In this document: positions 1 to 13,047 of the stretch, in pieces
How the letters are laid out: every line of letters begins with the position of its first letter
How positions within the stretch are numbered: position 1 is the stretch's first letter
From: Macrostomum lignano
Lineage: Eukaryota
Length of the DNA: 64,000 nt
NCBI GenBank assembly: GCA_002269645.1
Contig: NIVC01000147.1
Coordinates: 1-64,000, forward strand
Direction: 5' to 3'
Position numbers and translations under genes: made by a program
Notes under the pieces: model-generated
What the model was told of the DNA's origin: nothing
Seen by the model: only the letters and a program-made list of their open reading frames with translations
Databases searched by the model: none

Positions 1-257
1 AAACTCGATGCAGCAACATCACACTCCTGTCTCAAACTCGATGCAGCAAGATCACACTCTGTCTCAAACTCGATGCAGCAAGATCACACCTGTCGCAAAC
101 TCGATGCAGCAAGATCACATCCTGTCACACAAACTCGATGCAGCAGATCACACCTTGTCACACAAACTCGATGCAGCAAGATCACATCCTGTCACACAAA
201 CTCGATGCAGCAAGATCACACCTTGTCACACAAACTCGATGCAGCAAGATCACACTG
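1..257. repeat. Minisatellite, 31-34 bp unit (AAACTCGATGCAGCAAGATCACAC...), truncated by window start
   Basis: Unit recurs about 8 times; ORFs 8..457, 73..258 and 138..353 are by-products of the repeat. Confidence 0.9.
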
Positions 258-933
258 AGAAATTCAGAAATTTTTTCACTCTGTCGCTATCGGTTACTTT
301 TAATCCCCTTAGTCCAGAAAAAAAAACAAAAAACAATTTTTCCAGCTTGCTAAACACCGAATCGGTGCAGCTGTGCTCTAAGCGGTTTCCACAGTTGGCG
401 AAATTCGAACTGGATTTTAGTATAGACGCCCAGGAGGAGACAGGGGCTGCTGCATGACAATGAGCCCGGCTAGCATCAAATCTCCGGGAGCAATCGAGCG
501 CTGAAATCAATCAACACCCCTCCTATGACTGGCCCTCTTCCCCTGCTGTCCTCGATTCGTCCATGCGAGTCAAATTTGAAATCCGCAGGGGATTGAGGCC
601 CTATATAGATACAACATCATCCCCTATCCCCGCCTGTTCCCAAGATTTCTGTCCGTCTGTCAGCGTTCATATTATTTCTACAGTCTCTCTTGAAACGCGA
701 CTCAACCCATAAGGCGTCCATTTGGCGTCTCAGCAATGTTTGCCTGATTCTGGGACAATGTCTGCTGGGCCCATCAGGGCACCGGAAACCATACGAGTCC
801 TTCATCCCCGACCGTTGCTCTGATGCTGCTGCACCGAGCCAGCAGCTCTCCCTACCCGGCTATTTACTTGAAGAGAAACTGAAAAAGAAAAGTCTAAAAG
901 TGCAAAGGCGCTCACAGATGCTTCTCCAAGCCC

Positions 934-936
<3 letters not shown>

Positions 937-1002
<66 letters not shown>
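937..1002. repeat. (TC)n microsatellite
   Basis: Perfect dinucleotide run. Confidence 0.95.
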
Positions 1003-1006
<4 letters not shown>

Positions 1007-1899
1007 GTCTGTCTCACAGAGCTCCCCTACTTCCTACTGCGGCCTGCGATATCCCATACCCTCTTCCTCTCTTCATTTCATTCGTGACTCCGCCCGGCAG
1101 ACATTGAAGGCCCATTGTAACTGCCAGCTCAGGCCCCGCCCGAAGTAACCCCCCCCCTCACAAGCCCATCTCTTCGCTTCCTTTCTCCATCATCTCTCTT
1201 TGGCTCACTCTTCTTCTCCAGCTCCTCGGGGCGGTGGAGAGAGTGCACTAAGTGCTGGCTGCAGCATGCTGCACTGCCAGCTTCTTTCGGCTTGGCTAAA
1301 TCCTCCTCACACGCATTCATCCCTTCCGTCTCTGAACTCCCAAGAGTTTCTGAACTCTTTTCAAGTCTCTGAACTGCCCCCCCCTCTCTCTCTCTCTCTA
1401 AAAACTGGGCGCAGATTAATTGCCCACCTCCTGTTTAGTGCACTGCCAATAGACTGGATGCGCCATCATCTTGCAGCTCTTTCGCTCCCCCCATTCTCCA
1501 CTCCACACCGGAGCGCATTGATCTCTTCCTCCCCCTGCGGACCAAGTAGGGAAATAGAAGGGCATCGAGCCTGATAATATAAGTCCTCCGGGCCAATTCA
1601 ATAGGAACAAAAATTGACTAAAATACTCCCCCCCCCAGCACTCTCAGGCGCACTGAACGTTAAAGCAGCCCAAGTCTTGCACTTTTCCGCTGATCCTGGC
1701 TAACACGACAAATATCGATAACACGCCCGAACTTGGGACCATTCAATATCACGCGAGCCGGCGCGGACCGGACAAAGATAAACAAAATATTGAAGTAAAC
1801 AAATAACACAATGGATTGGAGATTGGCAGAGCTATTAAAGTGCAAGACCTCAGTTTAGCCCATATATCAATCAGTATTCGAAATTCAACGATCCGAGAA

Positions 1900-1902
<3 letters not shown>

Positions 1903-1958
<56 letters not shown>
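1903..1958. repeat. (GA)n microsatellite
   Basis: Perfect dinucleotide run. Confidence 0.95.
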
Positions 1959-1962
<4 letters not shown>

Positions 1963-4565
1963 GTGGCACGACAGCCGCCTCGGGACAATCTCAAATCAGT
2001 CGGTTTCTCTCCGCGCCCCAGTGTGTTTCCCAGGAGAGCAGCGTACGTACGAGCTGGCCTGCTCCCGCAGAGGAGAGAGAGAGGGAGAGGGCCGCGGCCG
2101 CAGTTCTAGGACACCGCACTGCATGGCTACTGGGTCGCGAGCATGCAGATAAGAGAGAGAGAGAGCGAGTCTTCGATAGCCCTGCCAAGGCGAGATGCTA
2201 CACCACACATATATATAGGGCTATTGGTGGGGATGGAAAATCAATAATTTAGGAGAAAACGCCCCAACCCCCTCCCACCCTGCAAAAACTTAGTGCCCTA
2301 CTACCCAATACCTTGTACCCACTCACAAGTAGTAACTGTAGGTGGCTTTCCGGCCTCTCAATCATTTCCTTGAGACACTGACCCAGACATTGCCGCGAGT
2401 GCATAAATATTATTAATTTCTCATTTTCACATTTAATGCATATTGACGATGGTTATTTATGCATAAATATAAATATAATCCCAACGCACAAGAGCTCACG
2501 GCAGCCCTAGCTGATTACTCATGCATTTCTCTGTCAGGCCTCCACTGCAGCTGCTGCTGGCACATTGCTCCTCCTGCAGCCTGTGCGTGCTCAGTCATTT
2601 CGCTTGATTTTGAAGGTTGTAAAACTATACTGATATTTTTATGACATCGCGATGCTGTAGGATCATCAAGAGCATCAAATACTTTCCTATCTGAGATGCA
2701 ATTCTCTGTTCATAGATGCACACCTAGTGCTCAGAGAACTGAGATTCTCAACAAAGGAAACTCACTCTTCACGTTTGTTAAACTGCATCTGCAGGGTAAT
2801 TGTGGGCCTCTTCTGCCGAATCGTCCACAGGCTGATGGTATTGTCCGACTCAATCGATATCAGGCCGCCCTGCAAATTGACGCCGCAAAAATTTTGATGT
2901 CACGTGATGGCACGGATCGGCCGCGTACGTGCAGAGGCCAGCGGGGATAACGGGGGGTTTTCAGATTGTAGAGCAGATGGGTGGAGCTGGAGAGAGCTTT
3001 GCACAGTCATAATCAAGCGAGTATTTGCTATGCGGCGTGCGGCGCAGATGCAAAAACATTTGCCCCGGCCTCGCGGTCATTTGTGCGAGGGCTAAAAGTA
3101 CAACTCAAACCGCTGGCTATCGCAAATCCGAACAGGCGCCGGAATCTCAGAAGTCGAGAGAAGGGAGAAAACCGGAGATGAGAAGGTGTTGGAATTCAGA
3201 TTGAGGCGCACAAAATCTCTTGAAATCTGCTTACAGTTCCCACCTGGTGCTCCACCTATGGAGTTTCTTTGCTCAGACGCCTCCGACAGAGCATTTAGGT
3301 GGATCTTGCCATGCATTGTGGATTTGTTTTCCTCAAAGAATGTGGGGAACGCTATGGGAAGAAATCCCAGCTCAGGGATTTGAGAGAGAGCCTGCGTGAG
3401 ATTAAATCGTCGGGTCGGTAAGATGGAGAGATAAGGTTTAAGCCCGATTTGCCCGAACAGCTCAGCTTAGACGAAGCAAAGTACAAATCCGCCGTTAGTC
3501 AAGTCGTGGATTGGTACTAGCGGGAATGCGTGGATTAGGCGAAAATTAAGAAGTCTCAAAGAAAGCGACGAAAAAAGACTTGCCTCGTTGATGATGAAGA
3601 TAAGCTGCTTTACTGTTTCTTCCTTTTCCAATCGCAGGTGGCAGTCAACGCCTGCTCGTCCAAGGCTGCAGTGCAACAAAGAATTTTTTTCTTGCATTGC
3701 TAGTAGATTTAACATGTCATTGTAAGCTTTTGAGAATTAAAATGAATAGGGAATATTTAAAGGAATAATCTGTCCGCTTACATTCTAATCGACCCATGTT
3801 TAGTACCGATTGCCAAAAGTTTCTGAATCGGGTCGAATGCGATGCAGCATGGCGCGTTTGGAAACCCGTGACAGACAATCTAAAATAATTTGATTGACTT
3901 ATGGTCTTCATTTAAGTGCTTTCGATAAAACAGAAGACAGTAGTTAAAAGTTAACAAGCCCAACATTAAAAATGAGCCATTACTGATTGGCTATATTATG
4001 CACACACTGAAATAAAAGTTAATAAAAATACCTTTGAAACATTGAAGTGTTCAGATTTGAGATTTTCTTCGAAGTCGAGCGATTCCAAATCTGATTTTGA
4101 CGTTTGAGAACCACCTATCGCTCGAATTCCATCAAAAACACCTTTGACGTTTCGTAATCCTTTCCTCATTCTGAGCTGTTGGCGTTGGTGTATTTATTGT
4201 GGAGAAAGATATGCAGTAGACTATTTTTCATGCTTTTATTAGTGCTCCATTATGATCTCCTGGCTAAGCCTCGAAAAATTTCTCTGAAAATGTAGCTTAA
4301 AAATTGGAACCAACGATAAAACCGGTCTATAAAATGTTGTTAACAGAATTCTATTTTAAAGAAATATATTTTTTGTACTTAATAGCTACTAATAAATGAG
4401 ATAAAATTTTGTTCTAAAAAGGAGTAATATAAGTAAACAGTTAAATTTGTTAAGACTTAGCAAATAAGACCGTGAGTTTGTTGGCTTTTTATTCATAGCA
4501 CGTGCGATACAGCTTTATTAAGCACGACCAGGCCCAAATTAGTGTAAACAATCAGTTACAGAACA

Positions 4566-4775
4566 CAAGGGTGTCGCTACTCTTGATGCCCTGTAGCTGT
4601 GATCCGTTATGGAAATCGAGAATTTCGCTGGAGTGTTCAGAAGTTCAGATTTCAGGGTTGAGTTGAGTGCAAAAATCAGTGTTAATGGCAAAACAACATT
4701 GATTCCCAAAATATTATAGGACTTTTGGTTTCTTGGCTTTGCCCCTCCACCATAAAATCCTTGGCGACACTTCTG
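4566..4775. mobile_element. Decayed copy of the CAGGGGCGTCGCCA MITE family (see 31686..32015)
   Basis: Ends CAAGGGTGTCGCTA / TGGCGACACTTCTG; subterminal TTCTTGGCTT..CCACCATAAAATCC is shared with the 31686 copy. Confidence 0.55.
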
Positions 4776-5339
4776 CTCAGACACGTAGGCCTATATTGTT
4801 TTTCTTTGTTTTATTTGAAGGTGATTTTTAACCTTTAATCTAATTCAAAGTCTAAAGCTTTTAAATAAATTAGGGGCCTAAGTGAAAGAAAAGTTGGCCT
4901 TTCTAATAATACTGTAAGAATATATAGCTATAGAATCTATAATGATTTATGTTTGCTGTTTTTTACTCATATAAATAGGCCTAGGCCCTAACTTTAATAA
5001 GCCTTATAATACTTTAATAGAAGCCTACACTGCATGTATAATTACATGTATTATAATTTATTATTTATAACTTGCAAGTGCAACAATTATACTTAGGGCC
5101 TATTAAGTTCCTAAAAGGTTAGTTATTAGGCCTAGCTTTATAGCTTCAAATTTAACTATGCCCTATATATAGCTAGGCTAAAAAATAAAATTTTATTTTT
5201 ATCTCAATATCTCAGGCCTAATATTTGTATTTTAGATAGAATTATTATTTTTAATTTTAAGATAGAATTTCATTGCCTTTAGGCTTAAGCCTAGCCTAGG
5301 CCTAGTTTTAGACAGTTTTAATTTAAGTCAAGGTCTATT

Positions 5340-6393
5340 ATATAAAGTATGAAGCTAGCAATGGACAGTGGTCTAGGAGCAGATCTACCTAGTCTGGTCT
5401 TAGAAGGCACTTTTAGAGATGATCCGCAACATTTGCAATAAGTAATCTTCAAACCTCTTGATAGCTATTGGCATTCTTTAGCCAAAAGAACATAAATTGG
5501 TCACATAGGTTTAGATTGGGACTATAGGGGCTCTGCCAAATCATAGTAATAGAGTTATTGCAGGAAATCCCAAGAGTCATGCAATATATAGTCAAGCATT
5601 GTCTATTTGCAAGCTGATCTTGCTCAGACCTCAGTTGAACTGGGTTGGACTTTGAGTGCAAAGTATGCTATAGGTTTCTAGTTTGCTTAAGGTAGCTCAG
5701 TATTTGCTTGGTATCCATTGTCTCTTTCTAAGGCAATACAATGACTAAGAATTGCTTTATGGCTATGAACATGACTATCAGTAGGGACTTCCACTTTGTC
5801 ATTATATTTGGTTGCAAAACCTTCTTTTGGAGCTTTCTCCTCTCAAGCCAAGTCCTATTGTCAGTTTTGGTTCTATAAGCATCCTAGGATACCTAGGCCC
5901 CTATGTCTTGTCTTGAACAGTGTACCAATTATACTTTTCCTCTATCCTTAGCATAACCCATTACAATTGTATGGCAGAATTGACTTGCATCTGTCTCTGC
6001 TCATTCCTGAAGTTGTAGAGTACCTACACAGACCACACCTACCTTAGCTGTAGGTCTTCTCAAAGGATGCAAAGTATTGTGCTATGGTCACTAGTCAGAT
6101 GCTCAGCTAGATCACGAGATGAGATATGGGGATCCTTACAGATCATTTCCTTTACCTTCATTGCTATTTCACTTGTCTTTGAGCTCTTTGGCCAGCTAGG
6201 TCTGTCACTATTGCTAAGCACTTCCTACGAGTGCCTGAAGGAAGGACAAAATATGACACTCATATGTCCTATCATTGACATCTTTCATCTAATGCTGTAT
6301 GGTTCTTAGGGATGAAACAGCACTGTCCCAAGCAGGTTTTAGATCTTGGTTGACTTTGGTAGCTCAATCACTGAGCTTTAGTCAGGTAGCCAT
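5340..6393 (-). pseudogene. Degenerate mariner-family transposase relic
   Basis: Manual translation gives KVKEMICKDPHISSRDLAEHL..STILCIL*EDLQLR*VWSV*V (HTH and WVP linker), QIDNA*LYIA (=HDNARPH) and QSPYSPNLNLCD (=PYSPDLxPCD); many stops; ends approximate. Confidence 0.75.
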
Positions 6394-7688
6394 ATAAAAC
6401 TAAAAATACATCTCATCAGGCTCCATGTTTCAACTATATTTTCCTAGGCTCGTTGAATGCCTTAAAGACACTCAAAGGTTTTAAGCCTGGCTTTAAGTGA
6501 GTTTTTCTTGTGGCAAGCCAGTTTTTTTGTAGCTAGTTTGTCTATGGAAATTTTTGATTTAGGTGAAAAATTATATAATTATAGCTATTTTTAGCAGAGT
6601 TATATTATAAATGACAAGACTTTTGTTCCATCCAAAATATATAGGTTTTTAAAAAAATTCATTGGTATTAGCTTTTAAAAAACTGATTAACTCCTAAATT
6701 CCTCAAGTTGATTGAAAGTTAACTGATAATTGTTAATAAGCTTGATCCATTAACATTAACTTAGAAAATATAAGAATTTTGCACTTTTTCCAAAACTCAC
6801 TTTATAATGCATTCTTCTATCTTTTTAGCAAACATATAGAGGTCACCAACCTATTTATTTGGAACTTGAAATCTAATTAGTTAATAATAAAATATAAACA
6901 AGGTTGTTTCAGTAGTACTAACAGGCATAGCAGAAACTTACAAAGTTTGGGAAAGAAATGAATAAAGGAAATGCTCATATGCAACCAAAAAGCTTACAAT
7001 TTTAATTTATTCCTAGAGTTTGTAAGTAAAAAGTTGTTTAACTTACATGTTTATCATCATAAATAAAGTCAATAATTAGGCACTTGGATAAATTAGACTG
7101 TTTGTAATGTTGTAACTTCTTGTAGGACTTATATTTTTGTTCTTTTTTGCATCTATGGTGTCATTTGCATTGTCATTAATGTTAACAATGAATTTTTCAT
7201 TAAGTCAAAAAATTATTAGTGCAAATTCATTAATCCATTAGTGCAAAAAATCTTAATGGCAGTCCATTAATGTTAAATGAACACTTATTAATGCTTATTA
7301 ATGGACTTGTGTCTAACACCAGTAATGGGTAAAATTAAAACCAATAAGGTACATATAGTCTGTTTATACAACATAAGAGAACTTAAGCAAAGAAAACTTA
7401 AGCATAGCAATTAATTATCTAGCTAATATTATATAACTTTTTTGTTTTAATAGCTTGATGAGACTCCAAAATCAATAATATAGATTTTACTTTGAACAAA
7501 ATATACTAGGTTATTATTTTCTTATACAGCTTGTGATTAAACAGTATTAATTACAAATTATACAAAATATGCTATTAAAAATGTGCTCAGAAATGCAAAA
7601 AGATTTCCCTGTTTTTCTCTATTTCAGTATTTGGTTAAAATATTGCAGCTCGCAAGTGCATTAAAAGCAGCAATTTCGAGAGCAAGCA

Positions 7689-9187
7689 ATGAGTGCCACC
7701 CAGCCCAGCGGAGGCGGCCGCCACCCGCCCTGGGTTCACGTGCTCTCCTGCCCAGCCTGCTCTTTCGCCACCCTGGTTGTTGACAAACTCAACCGGCACA
7801 TTTCCAACTGTCACGGCGGCCAGCAGCTCAGTTACACTCTGTTTGTGTGCCCTCTGTGCGACGCTTGCAGCACCGACTGCGCCCTGATCGACGAGCACCT
7901 CAGCATCTACCATAGCGGCGACTGCGCCACGACTGCGACCTCCGCCGCTGCAGTGGAAGCTCACAGCTGCTCCGCTTGCAGACTCGTATTCAAATCCTTG
8001 GCCGCTCTCAGGGGTCACGCCTGTTCGCGGAAGCAAAATCTGCAACAACAGCCGCCGAACTGTATTGTCGATTTGGAGGTTAGAATGGACCAGTTAGATA
8101 AGGCAGCTCACGCCGAGTTTGAGGATGCCGCTGACCCGCTGATGTCGCGCTTGCTGAACTTGTGGGCATCGACTGGCGCTGATCAGCAGCCTTGTGAGCA
8201 GCAGGAGGGGCCATCCGGAGCCCGCCTCACAGCTACCCCGGCGGCAGGTCCTGAGCCAGCCGAGGAGGCTCAGGCTGGAGAAGCCGGGCCAGCAGCGCTG
8301 TCTAGCGAGGACGCCGCCGCTGGCAACGCCACCCGGCGCTGCCCGGCCACGCTGCAGTGCGGAACCTGCCCTGGGCGGTTCACCAAACTGCACAGCCTGT
8401 TCTACCACCAGCTCCACTTCCACTCCGCCTGTCGCTGTCCAGTGTGCGAGTGCGTCTTCTTCGACACCCAGGCCGCCGAGAAGCACGTGGCTGAGGAGCA
8501 TCCCGGCTGTGAAATCTACCGCTGCCCCCGTTGCGTTCGTCGATTCAGCATGTTGGAAGGCCTTCGTCAGCATTGGAATGATGAGCACAGGTGCGCTTTG
8601 AGTTGCACTACTTTTTAAGACACGTACATTCTCTGTGCAAATAATCTCCGCACTAATATTTCAAATCCTCATCCGACAGTCGCAGCGCATTCAAGTGCCC
8701 GTTCTGCAGCCGGCTGTTCCTGCAGGAGCGCTTCCTCACCCGGCACGTGCGCCTCATGCACCCCTGCCAGCTTGCCAGGCAGCCAAAGCGCTGTCCCCAG
8801 TGCCCGCAGGTGCTGGACACCGCCGAGGCCCTCAGGCGTCACCTGACCGTGGCGCACAACTCCGACCCGATGTCCGGCCGGCTGCGCTGCGGAGTCTGCG
8901 GCCGCTACTATAAGAACGAGCGGAGCCTCCGCCAGCACCAGGACAGCCACCGGCCTCTGCCGCAGCCCTTCGCGTGCAGCCTCTGCCCGTACGCCTGCAA
9001 TACTCGCTACCTGCTGCGCTGCCACATACGGGACAAGCACACCGACTTCACCTACGACTGCCGCCTGTGCGGCTCCCGTTTCATGTCGCGCTACCTGCTG
9101 CGCCGGCACATGGACCGGGAGCACCAGCTGGCCGATGCGGCCGCCGCGGTCAAGGCAGCCGCCTCACTGCGGAAGAAACGATCGTGA
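7689..9187 (+). CDS. Multi-C2H2 zinc-finger protein; exons 7689..8590 and 8680..9187
   Basis: Repeated C-x2-C...H-x3/4-H motifs (CPRCVRRFSMLEGLRQHWNDEH, CSLCPYACNTRYLLRCHIRDKH). A GT(8591)..AG(8679) phase-2 intron joins ORF 7689 in frame to FKCPFCSRLFLQERFLTRHVRLMH. Confidence 0.9.
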
Positions 9188-9454
9188 TAATAGACCGATG
9201 CAATTATTCTGTGGGGGATTCAGTGTGGGGGGGAGGGGCAGAGGAGCTCTGAAGCTTGGCTAAAAATTGGCTTGGATCTTGTCGTGCCAGAACCAGAACG
9301 TCAGGGCCGCTGTACTCGTACATATCTGTATGTCTCTAATGGGGATTTTTGTCTTTTAGAAGGTACCAGCAATCAGTGCCCCCTCCCCCTGTTGAGGAGG
9401 CAACAAAGAGTGGAATAAAAATTTTGAATAAACTGCATGTAGCTTCTGACCTCT

Positions 9455-9842
9455 CAGCCTTGACATCTCAGCAATGCCCCCCAGTAAGCATTGACATCTC
9501 AGCGATCCCCGTGAGTCTTGATATCTCAGCAATTCCCAGTAAGCCTTGACATCTCAGGAATTCCCAGTAAGCCTTGACATCTCAGGAATTCCCAGTAAGC
9601 CTTGACATCTCAGGAATTCCCAGTAAGCCTTGACATCTCAGGAATTCCCAGTAAGCCTTGACATCTCAGGAATTCCCAGTAAGCCTTGACATCTCAGGAA
9701 TTCCCAGTAAGCCTTGGCATCTCAGGAATTCCCAGTAAGCCTTGGCATCTCAGCATTTCCCAGTAAGCCTTGACATCTCAGGAATTCCCAGTAAGCCTTG
9801 ACATCTCAGCAATCCCCCCGTGAGCCTTGACATCTCAGCAAT
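9455..9842. repeat. 28-bp minisatellite (CCAGTAAGCCTTGACATCTCAGGAATTC)
   Basis: About 13 tandem units; core motif also present near 36.3 kb and 60.3-60.8 kb. Confidence 0.9.
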
Positions 9843-10371
9843 GGCCGTTTTGATTAGGGAATTTATGTGGTGAAGCTGGGTTAGCTTGCGGCAACACTAA
9901 ACAGTAACGGAGAGCAATAATAACTGATGGGCGAACCATTGCATCTTTGATAATAGAATGAGGATGAAGCAGTGAGGAATTTGAGAAATAGTTGATTATA
10001 TATATAAGATAGCTTAGTAACTGTGTATATCTATTTTTAGCGGCATTTATTAATTCTCTGTTGCCATCTCATTGATACAGTTTTTGCTCCTCTTTGGCCA
10101 TGTTTTTGCGCAACATCTGATGTCATCATTAAATTTTGTTTTCATTTTTCCCAGCTATTTTGTTAACCAGCTATTTTTTTAAGAAAGTTCGTTTCTTTCG
10201 TTGACTTACTAATGCATACACGCACCTGCATGGATATAGATCGAATAATAGGTTACTCCCTTGTTAGTTTTTCCTTGATTGAGGAGTTATACACTTGCGA
10301 TAGTGATTACACCATCAAATAGACTGATTATCCATCTCCAATAGGTTAATCAATTATCTTCAATAGTGAGT

Positions 10372-11172
10372 GATTGGTGATTATCCATCCCTGATAGTGA
10401 GTGATTATCCATCACTGATAGGGAGTGATTATTTATCCCTGAGAGTGATTATCCATCACTTAGAGAGTGATTATCCATCACTTAGAGAGTGATTATCCAT
10501 CACTTAGAGAGTGATTATCCATCCCTGATAGTGAGTGATTATCCATCACTGATAGTGAGTGATTATCCATCCCTGATAGTGAGTGATTATCCATCCCTGA
10601 TAGTGAGTGATTATCCATCACTGATAGTGAGTGATTATCCATCACTGATAGTGAGTGATTATCCATCCCTGATAGTGAGTGATTATCCATCCCTGATAGT
10701 GAGTGATTATCCATCACTGAGAGAGTGATTCTCCATCACTGATAGTGAGTGATTATGCATCCCTGATAGTGAGTGATTATCCATCACTTAGAGAGTGATT
10801 ATCCATCACTGAGAGAGTGATTTTCCATCCCTGATACTCGTAGTGAGTGATTATCCATCACTGAGAGAGTGATTCTCCATCACTGATAGTGAGTGATTAT
10901 GCATCCCTGATAGTGAGTGATTATCCATCACTTAGAGAGTGATTATCCATCACTGAGAGAGTGATTTTCCATCCCTGATACTCGTAGTGAGTGATTATCC
11001 ATCACTGATACTCGTAGTGAGTGATTATCCATCCCCGATAGTGAATGATTATCCATCCCTGATAGTGAGTGATTATCCATCACTGATAGTGAGTGATTAT
11101 CCATCCCTGATAGTGAGTGATTATCTATCCCTGATAGTGAGTGATTATCTATCCCTGATAGTGAGTGATTAT
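10372..11172. repeat. 24-bp minisatellite (TGATAGTGAGTGATTATCCATCCC)
   Basis: About 33 units; SDYPSLIV ORFs are repeat by-products. Confidence 0.95.
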
Positions 11173-11225
11173 CAGACTCATTGCCAAGATAGAATGACCA
11201 GCCTCCTCTGACCCGGCGGCAGGAG

Positions 11226-12173
11226 ATGCAGCAGTCTCAGTCGGACGCCGTGGCCGCCACTCTGACCTCTCTTCGCCTTCTCTTCGCCTGCCGAAGGTGC
11301 CTCTGCGCCTGCGGCGGCGGCAGCGGCGTTGGCGGTCCAGCCGAGCTGTTGCTCGACCGGCTTCAGGAGATTTTCTCTGCCGCCTCCGACCGGCTGCAGC
11401 GGCTGGCCGACAATTCCCAGCAGCTGCGCAGCCGCGGCGGCTTTGGGCCGGGCGCGTCAGCCAAGAAAGCCGCCGCCGGACTCGTGCCGCCGCTCTGCCT
11501 GAAGCGGGAGATGCTGCACCTGCTGCGTCGCTCCATGCTGCGCTGCGGCAGCGGCGGCTCCGACCGCCTCCTTGGCGACTTCGGCGAGAGTCTGGACCGC
11601 CTGCTGCCGGACGATTTCAACGACGAATTCGGGGAGGACGAACTGAGCGCATTCAGCGACACCTCCTGCCTTAGCGGCGACGGCGGTGACAGCCTGGCTG
11701 CTCAGCTGGCCGAGCTGAGGATCGGCTTGGACGCTTGCCTCGTTGTCACCTCGCTGATGGCCGAGAGGGGCTCGAGTTGCGGCAGAGGCGGCGGCGGCGA
11801 CTGTGGCGGCAGCGCCTGCGGCGGCGCTGGCGTTTGCGGCTGCTGCCTTCGCTGGTCGGCGCGAGCGGCGGATTTGGAGGCGGAGGCGGCGCAGCTGCGG
11901 GCCGGCCGGCCGGGCCGGTCGACGACGACAGCCGCCGATCCGAGCCGGGCCGTCCTGGCTGACGAGCTTCGGCAGCTCACGGACGACCTGCGGCGTCTTG
12001 TCGGCGTCCCGACTCCCTCCCTGGTCGGCAGTCGACGGGCGATGCCGCTGCCTCCGCCGCCCCCGCCGCTGCCGGCTCAGCTGCCGCCGCCGCTGCCACC
12101 GCGTCCTTGTCGGCGTTCCTCGACTAGCGTCCGTCGGCAGCGAGCCTGGGTTCGCGACTACACGGACGTTTGA
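11226..12173 (+). CDS. Uncharacterised 315-aa protein or terminal exon; predicted helical segments, Pro-rich tail, C-terminal YTDV
   Basis: GC-rich non-repetitive ORF with codon style like neighbouring exons; no family recognised. Confidence 0.65.
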   Translation: MQQSQSDAVAATLTSLRLLFACRRCLCACGGGSGVGGPAELLLDRLQEIFSAASDRLQRLADNSQQLRSRGGFGPGASAKKAAAGLVPPLCLKREMLHLLRRSMLRCGSGGSDRLLGDFGESLDRLLPDDFNDEFGEDELSAFSDTSCLSGDGGDSLAAQLAELRIGLDACLVVTSLMAERGSSCGRGGGGDCGGSACGGAGVCGCCLRWSARAADLEAEAAQLRAGRPGRSTTTAADPSRAVLADELRQLTDDLRRLVGVPTPSLVGSRRAMPLPPPPPPLPAQLPPPLPPRPCRRSSTSVRRQRAWVRDYTDV

Positions 12174-12720
12174 GATCAGTCACTTGTATTCTAAATGAGC
12201 GCTCGCAATGTCTTCAACCCTAGTAGTATTTTTAATATCAGTCAGACGGCCTTATAATAGCTTTTTAAGTGTTTTTTTACAAAAAGTAATGATAAATCTT
12301 TCAGTTACTATCAGTAGAATAATAAAACATTTTTCTCTCGATTTTCTCTGATTTCTATTTTTTTCCGATTATTAACGCACTCCTCACAAAATCTGCTTTT
12401 TATACGAGTACAAGAAATTCTTAAACTTTTTTTGTGTTCAATAGCATTTTTAGGCGCGTATTAATTCTTAATCTGATGCTTCCGCAAGCTCAACTTCCTG
12501 TGTTAAAGCTGGTTAATCTATTTTGAGCATTTGCAAGGTCTGGTGTTGCACCTAGCTAATATAATAGCAAGTCAGCTGACTGCCTGCTTTTTACTGATTT
12601 TTGGATTGAAGTGCTCTTTGAGTTCTTTCTCTTTGATTTCGGTATGAAGCTATTAGCATTAGTTACACAGCTCTGTCATAGATTTCATCTCATTTAGTTA
12701 TAAGCTACTCATCTCATTTA

Positions 12721-12905
12721 GTTGGTCATTAGCTACTAGTCGAATTTGGTCATTAGCTACTAATCAAAATCAGTCATTAGCTACCGGTAACACTTGGTCA
12801 TTAGCTACTGATAAAAATCGGTCATTAGCTACTGGTAGAATTCGGTCATTAGCTACTGGTCAGATTTGGTCATTAGCTACTAATCAAATTTGGTCATTAG
12901 CTACT
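12721..12905. repeat. 24-bp minisatellite (GGTCATTAGCTACT core)
   Basis: About 8 units. Confidence 0.85.
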
Positions 12906-13047
12906 TATCTTTGATCTAGTGGATCGCAGGCTACCCAATACCTTTCAATCAGAAGCAATTATCAGGTGCTTGGTCACCTGTAAATAAGTCGCAAGCCAGC
13001 CAAATGTTCCCAAACTTATCCCCGCAACCAACGCGCACCCTGTGCAG

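Noticed and set aside
250-3400. Short ORFs around the CT/GA microsatellites
   Set aside because: No motifs or consistent splice structure; several ORFs are driven by the microsatellites.
7635-9124. Antisense and alternative-frame ORFs over GC-rich exons (also at 11.3-12.2, 39.5-40.1, 47.1-48.4 and 62.2-63.3 kb)
   Set aside because: Shadow ORFs expected from GC-rich codon usage; the conserved frame is identified.
10489-11211. (SDYPSLIV)n ORFs, and similar repeat ORFs at 14.1, 26.6, 37.5, 38.9, 49.4 and 60.8 kb
   Set aside because: Minisatellite or microsatellite by-products, several lying in introns of identified genes.
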